Source: Candidatus Omnitrophota bacterium (GTDB lineage: Bacteria > Omnitrophota > Gorgyraeia > Gygaellales > Profunditerraquicolaceae). Taken from it: a stretch of DNA of 64,000 bases. How positions within the stretch are numbered: the first letter of the stretch is position 1; every line of letters starts with the position of its first letter. The notes under the pieces are model-generated. The model did no database searches and was not told where the DNA came from. It saw only the letters and a program-made list of their open reading frames with translations. The position numbers were made by a program, and so were the translations under genes. Shown here one piece after another: positions 51,727 through 59,765 of the stretch. The stretch covers positions 85 to 64,084 of the forward strand of contig JBDRLC010000017.1 in NCBI GenBank assembly GCA_043813305.1. Direction: 5' to 3'.

Positions 51727-52949
51727 GTACTCACTCGCAAAAAAACTTAAAAGCCGGAGACTTCGCTATTTGTAAAGTTGATTTTACCTTTAGCCAGGAC
51801 GGAACTTCATCGATCGTTATCGACCGGGTAAAAGAACTTGGCCTTAAGAAATTAAAAGCTAATTTTTGCATGGTAATAGACCATAGCGCGCCGTCTCCTA
51901 ACGAGGGCGTATCTTTAGTGCATCAAAAAATGCGGAATTTCGCTAAAGATTACGATATCAAACTTTACGATATCGGCTGCGGAGTATGCCATCAAGTCAT
52001 ACCTGAATCAGGAGAGATTCTTCCGGGAAGCCTGGTATTAGGCGCTGATTCACACACCTGCACCTACGGTGCATTAGGTGCTTTCTCTACGGGGGTTGGC
52101 TCTACTGATCTGGCGATTGCTTTATCAACGGGAAAAAATTGGTTTAAAGTTCCCCAAACCATAAAAATAATTGTAAAAGGGGAGGTTCCGAAAGGCATAT
52201 TTGCCAAAGATATCATACTGCATATAATTTCCGAACTTAAATCAAGCGGCGCAACTTATAAAGCAATAGAGTTTCTTGGCCCGGCGATTGATAAATTAGA
52301 TATGGACGGTAGGTTCACTATCTGCAACATGGTGGTTGAAATGGGAGCGAAAGCCGGATTTATGCTTCAGGATAAAACAACTAAGGATTGGTTAATTTCA
52401 AAAGGAGCCTCTGTTCATCATATAGAAACGGTCTTTCCAGATGATACTGCATGGTATGAAGCTACTCATGAGTTTGATATCTCCCGGCTGCTGCCGCAGG
52501 TAGCCATACCGCATAACGTGGATAATGTTGTCTCGATCGATAAATTAAATGGTATCGAGATAAACGAAGCCTTTTTAGGCACCTGCACCAATGCACGAAT
52601 GTCAGATTTTAAGGTTGCTGCAGGAATTCTAAAGTCAAGGAAAGTGGCGCCCGGAGTTAAATTAATCATCGCTCCAAGTTCTAAGGCGATATATCTGGAG
52701 GCCATAGAAAACGGCTTAATTGATATCTTTATTAAAGCAGGGGGTGTGGTTGTTGCGCCAGGATGCGGCCCTTGCGTAGGAACACATAATGGCATACCCG
52801 CAGACACAGAAGTAGTAATCTCAACCGCTAACCGAAACTTTAAAGGCAGGATGGGTAATCCCAACGCCTTTATTTATCTTGCATCACCGGCCACTGTAGT
52901 GGCTTCGGCGATTACAGGAAAAATTACAGACCCGAGAACTTACTTATAA
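51693..52949 (+). CDS. aconitase-family dehydratase large subunit (3-isopropylmalate dehydratase / homoaconitase type, 418 aa)
   Basis: Pattern: T.AEKIL, DH..PS, GADSHT..YGALGAF..G.G, GTCTN.R..D, PGCG.C.G. GTG start overlaps the preceding gene. Confidence 0.88.
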   Translation: MAPKTIAEKILSTHSQKNLKAGDFAICKVDFTFSQDGTSSIVIDRVKELGLKKLKANFCMVIDHSAPSPNEGVSLVHQKMRNFAKDYDIKLYDIGCGVCHQVIPESGEILPGSLVLGADSHTCTYGALGAFSTGVGSTDLAIALSTGKNWFKVPQTIKIIVKGEVPKGIFAKDIILHIISELKSSGATYKAIEFLGPAIDKLDMDGRFTICNMVVEMGAKAGFMLQDKTTKDWLISKGASVHHIETVFPDDTAWYEATHEFDISRLLPQVAIPHNVDNVVSIDKLNGIEINEAFLGTCTNARMSDFKVAAGILKSRKVAPGVKLIIAPSSKAIYLEAIENGLIDIFIKAGGVVVAPGCGPCVGTHNGIPADTEVVISTANRNFKGRMGNPNAFIYLASPATVVASAITGKITDPRTYL

Positions 52950-52960
52950 AGGAGGATATT

Positions 52961-54007
52961 ATGGAAATCAGAAAAATGCTTTTGCTATGTATCGAAAATA
53001 GTGCTTCAGACTTACACATAACGGAAAATGAACCTCCTATTTTGCGTATCGACGGAAGGTTATACCGGACTGAACACCCGAAATTAACGAAACAGAGCCT
53101 GAAAACCTCTATTTACGCTATCTTGACTGATCTACAGAAAGAGATGCTTGAGCGTGATTTAGAGCTAGATTTATCGCTTGCTCTTCCCGGACTTGATAGA
53201 TTCAGGGTCAATGTGCACATACAGAGGGGTTCAGTAGAAGCAGCTTTCAGACGCGTTCCTCTGGAAGTACCCAGTATAGGTGACCTGGGTTTACCTCCTG
53301 TAGTACTGAACCTTGCCCGTAAGCCTAACGGCTTAGTGTTAGTTACCGGTCCCACGGGCGTTGGAAAAACTACAACTCTGGCAGCAGTGGTAAATCTGAT
53401 TAATAGTGAGAGAGAGAGCCTGATCATCAGTATCGAAGATCCGATTGAGTTCATCTATACCAATAGAAAGAGCATTATCAAACAAAGAGAAGTCTACTCA
53501 GATACGCGCTCTTTTGCCCAATCTTTAAGGCACGCTTTGAGACAGGATCCGGATGTGATTATAGTTGGAGAGATGCGCGATTTAGAAACTATATCTACTG
53601 CCCTAACAGCCGCAGAAACAGGACACTTAGTTTTAGCAACTTTGCACACCCCTGATGCCCCGCAAACCATCGAGAGAATTATTGACGTTTTTCCGCCGCA
53701 TCAACAACAACAGGTTAAACTGCAGTTAGCAGATTCATTACAAGGCGTAGTATCTCAGTTGCTGCTTCCACATGCCAGTGGTAAAGGACGGGTGCTCGCT
53801 ACGGAAATCATGGTCGGAACCCCCGGCATCAGAAATCTCATCCGTGAACAAGAGATAGAACAGATTCCTACACTGATGCAGACAGGAAGCCAGTACGGCA
53901 TGAAGACCATGGATAAATGCCTCAAGGAACTCACTCAAAAAGGCCTGGTTACGTTAGATGCCGCGATGTCTAAAGTAAAGAATATGGAGGAGTTCAAACA
54001 GCTATGA
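52961..54007 (+). CDS. pilT: type IV pilus retraction ATPase PilT
   Basis: 348 aa with ASDLH, R.R.N, GPTG.GKTTTLA, DP.E, QDPDVI.VGE.RD.ET...AL.AAETGHLV..TLHT. Confidence 0.92.
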   Translation: MEIRKMLLLCIENSASDLHITENEPPILRIDGRLYRTEHPKLTKQSLKTSIYAILTDLQKEMLERDLELDLSLALPGLDRFRVNVHIQRGSVEAAFRRVPLEVPSIGDLGLPPVVLNLARKPNGLVLVTGPTGVGKTTTLAAVVNLINSERESLIISIEDPIEFIYTNRKSIIKQREVYSDTRSFAQSLRHALRQDPDVIIVGEMRDLETISTALTAAETGHLVLATLHTPDAPQTIERIIDVFPPHQQQQVKLQLADSLQGVVSQLLLPHASGKGRVLATEIMVGTPGIRNLIREQEIEQIPTLMQTGSQYGMKTMDKCLKELTQKGLVTLDAAMSKVKNMEEFKQL

Positions 54008-54076
54008 TCCCCGTTAGAAATTTTATTTATCGGGGAAGATACGAAAATATGTGGAAGGAGGATTTCTAACGGGGTG
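54005..54076 (+). repeat. stop-to-start hairpin cassette (third unit of the 6134-6235 family)
   Basis: The pilT TGA is followed by CCCCGTTAGAAAT (54009-54021), a 40-nt loop ending in AAGGAGG (54055-54061), and ATTTCTAACGGGG (54062-54074). The last G of the 3' arm is the first base of the LeuD-like GTG start. Confidence 0.8.
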
Positions 54077-54575
54077 ATCTTGAAGGGCAAAATCATAAAG
54101 TTAGGAGACGACATCAATACGGATTCTATTATCTCCGGTAGGTATAAATTCTCCATAACAGATATCAAAGAACTATCCAAGCACTTAATGGAAGATATTG
54201 ACCCTGATTTTAAAAAAAAAAATAATCCCCGGAAAAACCATACTGGTAGCAGGTAATAATTTTGGTATGGGCTCATCCCGAGAACAGGCACCGCTGGTAA
54301 TCAAAGAGGCCGGAATAACAGCAGTTCTTGCTAAGCAATTCGCCAGGATATTCTATAGAAATAGCTTTAATATCGGATTACCCCTGATCGAAACAGACAC
54401 TGATAAAATAAACGATAAGGACGAGGTGGAAGTCGATATGGATAACGGCATTGTCAAAAATGTCTCTAAAGGAATTGAACTAAAAGTTAATCCCCTACCT
54501 AAATTTATGCAGGAATTATTAAAAGAGGGAGGAATAGTTAGCTATATTAAAAAACACGGGGAGTTAAAAGTATAA
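54074..54575 (+). pseudogene. aconitase-family dehydratase small subunit (LeuD/HacB-like), split by a 1-nt frame shift in an A11 tract
   Basis: ORF 54074..54256 gives the N-terminus (KGK..K.GD.I.TD.I...RY...DPDFKKK). ORF 54198..54575 gives the rest (IIPG..ILVAG.NFG.GSSREQAP). The frames join at A11 (54212-54222), and A10 would restore one 165-aa protein. Confidence 0.8.
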
Positions 54576-55657
54576 TGAAATACAGAATAACGCTTATACC
54601 CGGAGACGGTATTGGCCCTGAAGTAACTGAGGCAGCTAGGAGATGTATTGAAGCAACAGGGGTTAAAATTGACTGGGATCTGGCAATTGCCGGACAGGAT
54701 GCAAAAGAGAAAACCGGAGAGCTGCTGCCAGAAAGCGTCTTAGACTCAATTAAAAAGAATAAAGTAGCCATAAAAGGGCCAATTATTACTCCTATCGGTG
54801 AAGGATTCCGTTCGGTAAATGTAGCGATAAGGCATGCTTTAGATTTATATGCCTGCCTAAGGCCGGCTAAATCTTATCCGGGAGTAAAAAGCAATTATCA
54901 AGATATTGATCTAGTTATTGTCAGAGAGAACAGTGAAGATTTATACGCCGGGATTGAATTCGAAGAAGGGAAGCCTGAAACTAAAGAAATTATATCGAGT
55001 ATAGAAAAATATATTAAAAAGAAAATCCGGCCTGATTCAGGCATCTCGATAAAGCCAATCTCTAAATTTGCCTCGGAAAGAATAGTGGAATTCGCCTTTG
55101 AATACGCCCTAAAATACAACCGGAAAAAAGTTACAGCCGTACACAAGGCGAATATAATGAAGTTTTCCGACGGGCTTTTCCTGAAGAGCGCAAGATTAAT
55201 AGCAAAGAAGTACGAGGGGAAAGTTGCCTTTGAGGAAATGATCGTAGATAATATGTGTATGCAGCTGGTGCAGAAACCTCATAATTTCGATCTCTTAGTA
55301 CTCCCTAATGTATACGGAGATATAATCTCTGATTTATGCGCGGGGCTTGTAGGCGGATTGGGTGTAGCCCCGGGGGCTAATATCGGAGATGATATGGCAG
55401 TATTCGAAGCAGTACACGGATCTGCACCTAAATATAAGGGCAAAAATAAATTAAACCCTACTGCGATGATTTTATCCGGTGCGTTGATGTTAAGATATAT
55501 CAAGGAAAATAATGCTGCTGATAGATTAGAAAAAGCAGTTAGTTCGGTTTTAGCTGAGGGGAAATTCGTAACTTATGATTTAAAATCGAGGCGAGACGAC
55601 CCTTCAGCAGTGGGTACAAAAGAGATGGCAGACGCGATCATCTCCTACCTAAAATAA
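54575..55657 (+). CDS. NAD(P)-dependent isocitrate/homoisocitrate dehydrogenase (IDH3-like beta-decarboxylating dehydrogenase)
   Basis: Pattern: LIPGDGIGPEV, LDLYACLRP, VIVRENSEDLY, AVHKANIMKFSDGLF, NVYGDIISDLCAGLVGGLGVAPGANIG, HGSAPKY.GKN..NPTA. Confidence 0.88.
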   Translation: MKYRITLIPGDGIGPEVTEAARRCIEATGVKIDWDLAIAGQDAKEKTGELLPESVLDSIKKNKVAIKGPIITPIGEGFRSVNVAIRHALDLYACLRPAKSYPGVKSNYQDIDLVIVRENSEDLYAGIEFEEGKPETKEIISSIEKYIKKKIRPDSGISIKPISKFASERIVEFAFEYALKYNRKKVTAVHKANIMKFSDGLFLKSARLIAKKYEGKVAFEEMIVDNMCMQLVQKPHNFDLLVLPNVYGDIISDLCAGLVGGLGVAPGANIGDDMAVFEAVHGSAPKYKGKNKLNPTAMILSGALMLRYIKENNAADRLEKAVSSVLAEGKFVTYDLKSRRDDPSAVGTKEMADAIISYLK

Positions 55658-55663
55658 CAGTAA

Positions 55664-56584
55664 ATGAAGATAAGCATAATTGGAGCGGGAAATGTCGGAA
55701 GTACCACAGCAATGCGCCTTGCTCAAGAAGGCCTTGGTGAAATCGTCCTGGTAGATGTGCTAAAAGGTCTGGCGCAAGGTAAGGCCTTTGATTTAGAAGA
55801 TGCCCGTTCAATCCTTAAGATTCCTTACAATATACAGGGTAGCGATGATATCAACAGCATCAAAGATTCCGATATAGTCGTACTTACTGCCGGCCTGCCA
55901 AGAAAACCCGGGATGACCCGTGAAGATTTAGTAACCAAAAACGCTAAAATTTTACAAGATGTATGTGAAAATATTAAAAAAATAACCCCTGAATCAATTG
56001 TCATAGTTGTTACAAACCCGCTTGATTTAATGACTTATTTTACCCTCACCATAACAGGTTTTAAAGCAGGTAAAATAATCGGTATGGGCGTTAGCCTGGA
56101 TGCCGCAAGATTCGCCAATTTAATTAGCAAAGAGTTTAATATCCCGGTGTCCGATATAGAAGCATCTGTTATCGGTAGCCATGGGCAAGGAATGATACCT
56201 TTAACCAGATTCACTACAATAAAGGGCGTAAGCTTAGAGGAATTCTTAAACGACAAAAAGGCCCAGGACCTCAGAGATAAAACCATTAACCGGGGTGCGA
56301 AAATTCTATCACTATTAGGCAGCGGCAGTGCTTATTTTGCACCCTCCGCGGCAATAACCGCTTTAGTTAAATGTATAGCAAAAGATGAAAAAAGAACTAT
56401 CGGCGTATGTACATGTCTTTTCGGAGAATACGGCATTAATGATATGTGTATCGGAGTGCCTTGCCGCATTGGAAAAGACGGAATAGAGCAAATTATTGAA
56501 CTCGAATTGAATAAAGTAGAAATAGAATCTTTAAAAAAATCTGCAGAAGCAGTTAGAGAGAGTATAGAACTTCTACCTTTATGA
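55664..56584 (+). CDS. mdh: malate dehydrogenase (LDH-like family)
   Basis: Pattern: KISIIGAGNVG, GLPRKPGMTREDL, VTNP.D, GSHG. The Arg in the PRKPGM.R context favours malate over lactate. Confidence 0.88.
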   Translation: MKISIIGAGNVGSTTAMRLAQEGLGEIVLVDVLKGLAQGKAFDLEDARSILKIPYNIQGSDDINSIKDSDIVVLTAGLPRKPGMTREDLVTKNAKILQDVCENIKKITPESIVIVVTNPLDLMTYFTLTITGFKAGKIIGMGVSLDAARFANLISKEFNIPVSDIEASVIGSHGQGMIPLTRFTTIKGVSLEEFLNDKKAQDLRDKTINRGAKILSLLGSGSAYFAPSAAITALVKCIAKDEKRTIGVCTCLFGEYGINDMCIGVPCRIGKDGIEQIIELELNKVEIESLKKSAEAVRESIELLPL

Positions 56585-57879
56585 ACTACGACCTGACTAT
56601 AATCGGTGCCGGCTGGGCAGGATTCAACGCAGCTTTAAAAGCCAAAGAATTAGGCCTCAAGGTCTGCTTGATTGAGAAATCCCATATCGGCGGAACCTGC
56701 CTAAATGTCGGCTGCATACCTACAAAAGCATTAATCCACTCTGCAAAAGTTTATTCGATCTCTAAGAAGGCTTCCGGTTTTGGAATAGAAGGTAATAACC
56801 CAAACCCAAATTTCGCTAAAATCCAGGAAAGAAAGGACAAAATTATCCAACAGCTGCAAAAAGGAATGCAATTCTTACTTAAAGATATTGATTATATAAA
56901 CGCTGAAGCTAAAATTATCAGCAATCAAGAAATTCATGCCGGTGGCCAGGATATTAAAACAAAGTTCATTCTCATCGCTTGCGGCTCCAAGCCAACTGAA
57001 CTTAAGAATTTAAAATTTGACGGAAAGAAAATTATTTCTAGTGATGATATTTTAAAAATAAAAGAAATCCCCAAATCCCTGCTGGTAATCGGAGGCGGTG
57101 TTATAGGATGTGAATTCACCAGTTTATTTTCTAATCTGGGAACTCAGGTTTCAATAGTAGAGATGCTGCCTCAATTATTACCCGGGGTGGATAATGAAGT
57201 GGCTAAAAAAGTAGAATCTTTGCTTAAAAAGAAAGGCATTAAGATAAATACAAACAGCGATGCTACTACGGTTGATTTAGGCGGTTATGATTTAGTATTG
57301 CTTTGTATCGGAAGGGCCCCAAACGCAGAAAATTTGGAACTCGAAAAAATTGGCGTAAAGCTTGAGAAAGGTAAAATCATCGTCGATGATTACTTAAAAA
57401 CCAGCGTGGAGAATATTTATGCTGCCGGAGATTGTACGGGAAAGACCATGCTTGCCCATTATGCAGCTTATCAGGGGACAGTGGCTGCGGAAAATATTTC
57501 TAAACCTACCGCCAACCCAATAAAGGCAGATAACACAAACGTACCCAACTGTATTTTTACTGATCCGGAAATTTCCAGCGTAGGCTTAAGCGAAAATGCA
57601 GCAAAGAGCAAAGGCATAGATATCAAGATGCATAAATTTGACTTCATGGCATCCGGAATGGCGCATATACTGGATGAAACCGATGGTTTTGTCAAAATAA
57701 TTTCGGATAATAAAACAGAGCGAGTATTAGGCGCTTCGATTATCGGGCCTAAAGCAACGGAATTAATCGCTGTTTTGACCATTGCTATATCTACTCAATT
57801 AAAAACTTCTCAAATCAAAGATACTATCTTTGCCCATCCCACATTATCTGAATCAATCGAGGAAGCATTAAAACATTAA
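56581..57879 (+). CDS. lpdA: dihydrolipoyl dehydrogenase-type flavoprotein disulfide reductase
   Basis: Pattern: GAGWAG, GGTCLNVGCIPTK, a second GGGVIG dinucleotide fold, and C-terminal HAHPTLSE. At 432 aa it is short for the family. Confidence 0.85.
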   Translation: MNYDLTIIGAGWAGFNAALKAKELGLKVCLIEKSHIGGTCLNVGCIPTKALIHSAKVYSISKKASGFGIEGNNPNPNFAKIQERKDKIIQQLQKGMQFLLKDIDYINAEAKIISNQEIHAGGQDIKTKFILIACGSKPTELKNLKFDGKKIISSDDILKIKEIPKSLLVIGGGVIGCEFTSLFSNLGTQVSIVEMLPQLLPGVDNEVAKKVESLLKKKGIKINTNSDATTVDLGGYDLVLLCIGRAPNAENLELEKIGVKLEKGKIIVDDYLKTSVENIYAAGDCTGKTMLAHYAAYQGTVAAENISKPTANPIKADNTNVPNCIFTDPEISSVGLSENAAKSKGIDIKMHKFDFMASGMAHILDETDGFVKIISDNKTERVLGASIIGPKATELIAVLTIAISTQLKTSQIKDTIFAHPTLSESIEEALKH

Positions 57880-57881
57880 AT

Positions 57882-58574
57882 ATGGATTTCAAAATATTTG
57901 ACCTTGGTTTAATTAAATATGAACCTACCTGGCATTTTCAGAAGGAGGTCTTTAAAGCTGTAAAATACGGTTATATTGATTCAGCTTTAATACTTTGCCA
58001 ACATCATCCTGTAATTACCCTGGGAAGAAGCGCGGATAGAAAAAACATTTTATTTTCTGATGAAGAGTTAAGCCTTAAAGAGATACGAACTTTTGAAATT
58101 GAAAGAGGAGGAGATGTAACCTATCATGGCCCCGGGCAAATTACGATTTACCCGGTATTTAACCTTAACTATCTTAAAAGAGATATCCATTGGTTTCTTA
58201 GGCAATTAGAAGAGATAATTATTAGCTTTATGGCAGATTTTGATTTAAAAGGAGGGAGACACTTAGGCCTTACAGGCGTTTGGGTTGGCGATAAAAAAAT
58301 CGCCTCTATTGGCATAGCTGTCAAAAATTGGATAACCTATCATGGAATAAGTATGAATATCAAGGCAGATGATTTAGTAAATTTTAAGCTTATCCGGCCA
58401 TGCGGCATGGATATAGAAGTGACTAGCGTTGAGACAGAATCAGGTAGAACGATTAATATAGCTCACACAAAAGAAGCTATTTTACGTAGGTTTAAGTACA
58501 CTTTTCCTAATGCGAGAAGAAACGGTTCTGCTTCAACAGAAGAAACACTATTATTGAAGGAGGTGAGGAGATGA
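57882..58574 (+). CDS. lipB: octanoyl/lipoyl transferase LipB
   Basis: Pattern: QHHPV.T.G, RGG..TYHGPGQ...YP, GVWV...KIASIG......ITYHG...N. Confidence 0.9.
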   Translation: MDFKIFDLGLIKYEPTWHFQKEVFKAVKYGYIDSALILCQHHPVITLGRSADRKNILFSDEELSLKEIRTFEIERGGDVTYHGPGQITIYPVFNLNYLKRDIHWFLRQLEEIIISFMADFDLKGGRHLGLTGVWVGDKKIASIGIAVKNWITYHGISMNIKADDLVNFKLIRPCGMDIEVTSVETESGRTINIAHTKEAILRRFKYTFPNARRNGSASTEETLLLKEVRR

Positions 58575-58801
58575 CAAAAGTAGTTTTACCTGAATTAGGC
58601 GAGGGAATTGAAAAAGCAACGCTATCCTTTTGGTACTTCAAGGTGGGAGAGAAGGTAAATGAGAAGGATGACTTGGTAGAATTGGCAACAGACAAGGCTA
58701 CTTTTAATCTTCCAAGCCCTTGCTCTGGAACAGTTGCAGAGATTTTCTTCCAGGAGGGCGACACAGTTAAACCCGGAGATACCCTAGCTACAATAGAATA
58801 A
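58571..58801 (+). CDS. stand-alone lipoyl-attachment domain protein (76 aa)
   Basis: E2-type lipoyl domain: LPELGEGIEKATL..W..KVGE.V...D.LVELATDKATFNLPSP.SGTV.EI....GD.V..G..LA.IE. It has no E2 catalytic or subunit-binding domain. ATGA overlap with lipB. Confidence 0.85.
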   Translation: MTKVVLPELGEGIEKATLSFWYFKVGEKVNEKDDLVELATDKATFNLPSPCSGTVAEIFFQEGDTVKPGDTLATIE

Positions 58802-58813
58802 AAAATATTAATT

Positions 58814-58847
58814 ACACCTGGTTCTTAATTAGGAATCAGGTGTTTTT
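58814..58847 (+). terminator. rho-independent terminator
   Basis: ACACCTGGTTC-TTAATTAG-GAATCAGGTGT stem (11 bp, one G.U) followed by TTTTT. Confidence 0.8.
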
Positions 58848-58852
58848 ATTGT

Positions 58853-58914
58853 ATGTCTAGATATGTCTTGACAAGCCTTAGTTTTACTAGTATATATGTA
58901 ATTTATCTAGACAT
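58853..58914 (+). promoter_or_regulatory. sigma70-type promoter bracketed by two inverted operator-like palindromes
   Basis: TTGACA (58868-58873), a 17-nt spacer and TATATA (58891-58896). ATGTCTAGATAT (58853-58864) and TTATCTAGACAT (58903-58914) are inverted copies of one TCTAGA-centred half-palindromic site. Confidence 0.7.
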
Positions 58915-58933
58915 GAATAAGGAGTGAAGCATT

Positions 58934-59140
58934 ATGAACAGAAATCACAAAGAGATTTGGACTACTAAGGAGGTTGCTGACTACCTTAATCTACATCCGC
59001 TCACTGTCCACAGGTATGCCCGCGAAGGCAAGATTCCTGCTTTTAAGATCGGGACAGACTGGAGATTTCAGAAGAAACACATTGAGAGCTGGATTAAGGA
59101 AAAGGTCGCCTATAACCTTGAGTCTAATTCACACAAGTAA
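58934..59140 (+). CDS. small helix-turn-helix DNA-binding protein (excisionase/MerR-superfamily HTH_17-like)
   Basis: 68 aa with TTKEVADYLNLHPLTVHRYAREGKIPAFKIG..WRF....I..W. Confidence 0.8.
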   Translation: MNRNHKEIWTTKEVADYLNLHPLTVHRYAREGKIPAFKIGTDWRFQKKHIESWIKEKVAYNLESNSHK

Positions 59141-59171
59141 CTAACTTAACGTTATATAGCTTAAGGGGAAT

Positions 59172-59765
59172 ATGCTGTATTATATAGCTAGGCCTATAGT
59201 TATATTTATATTAAGGTTGATCTTTAGGTTTAAGGTAGAAGGGCTGGAGAATTTACCTTTCAAAACCAACTTTATAGTGGTTGCCAACCATAGCAGCTAT
59301 CTTGACCCTGTGCTGGTTGGAGCTGCAATACCAAGAAAGATCTACTGGATAACTATGAGGTCTCTTTTCAGCTACCCTTGGTTGCGATGGTTGATGGCGA
59401 TTACGCGAACGCTTCCTACGGGTGACGCATCAAAAAGGGCGGTTGATTTACTGATGAAAAACAAATTTATCGGTATATTCCCGGAGGGAAGGCGTTCTGA
59501 TGACGGTAAGCTAAGAGAATTCAGAAGAGGGGCAGCGCTATTGGCAATTAAAACAGGCAGGCCGATTGTGCCTTGTGCAATCCTGGGAGGATATGACGTC
59601 TTGTCCAAAGGAGCTGCATTCAGGAAATTTGCACGCATAAAAGTAAAAATAGGAAAACCGACTTTCTTGTCAAAAGAGTTCAAGGATGTAATAGACGATA
59701 TAACCTTACAAGAAGGGATCTTTGAAGTAAGGAATAGGATACAGGAGATGATGCATGCTGGATAA
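59172..59765 (+). CDS. PlsC-family (lysophospholipid) acyltransferase
   Basis: H-X4-D motif (ANHSSYLDP), FPEGRRS, N-terminal hydrophobic segment. Confidence 0.85.
   Translation: MLYYIARPIVIFILRLIFRFKVEGLENLPFKTNFIVVANHSSYLDPVLVGAAIPRKIYWITMRSLFSYPWLRWLMAITRTLPTGDASKRAVDLLMKNKFIGIFPEGRRSDDGKLREFRRGAALLAIKTGRPIVPCAILGGYDVLSKGAAFRKFARIKVKIGKPTFLSKEFKDVIDDITLQEGIFEVRNRIQEMMHAG

Noticed and set aside
54198-54575. Independent 125-aa gene starting at ATG 54198
   Set aside because: Its first residues overlap the upstream ORF out of frame, and its sequence from IIPGKT onward is simply the C-terminal two thirds of a LeuD-type small subunit. It is treated as one frameshifted gene.
58934-59140. Excisionase-family HTH as a marker of an integrated mobile element
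   Set aside because: No integrase, att repeats or phage/plasmid genes are adjacent. The gene has its own consensus promoter with flanking palindromes and heads a metabolic/signalling operon, so a regulator is more parsimonious.
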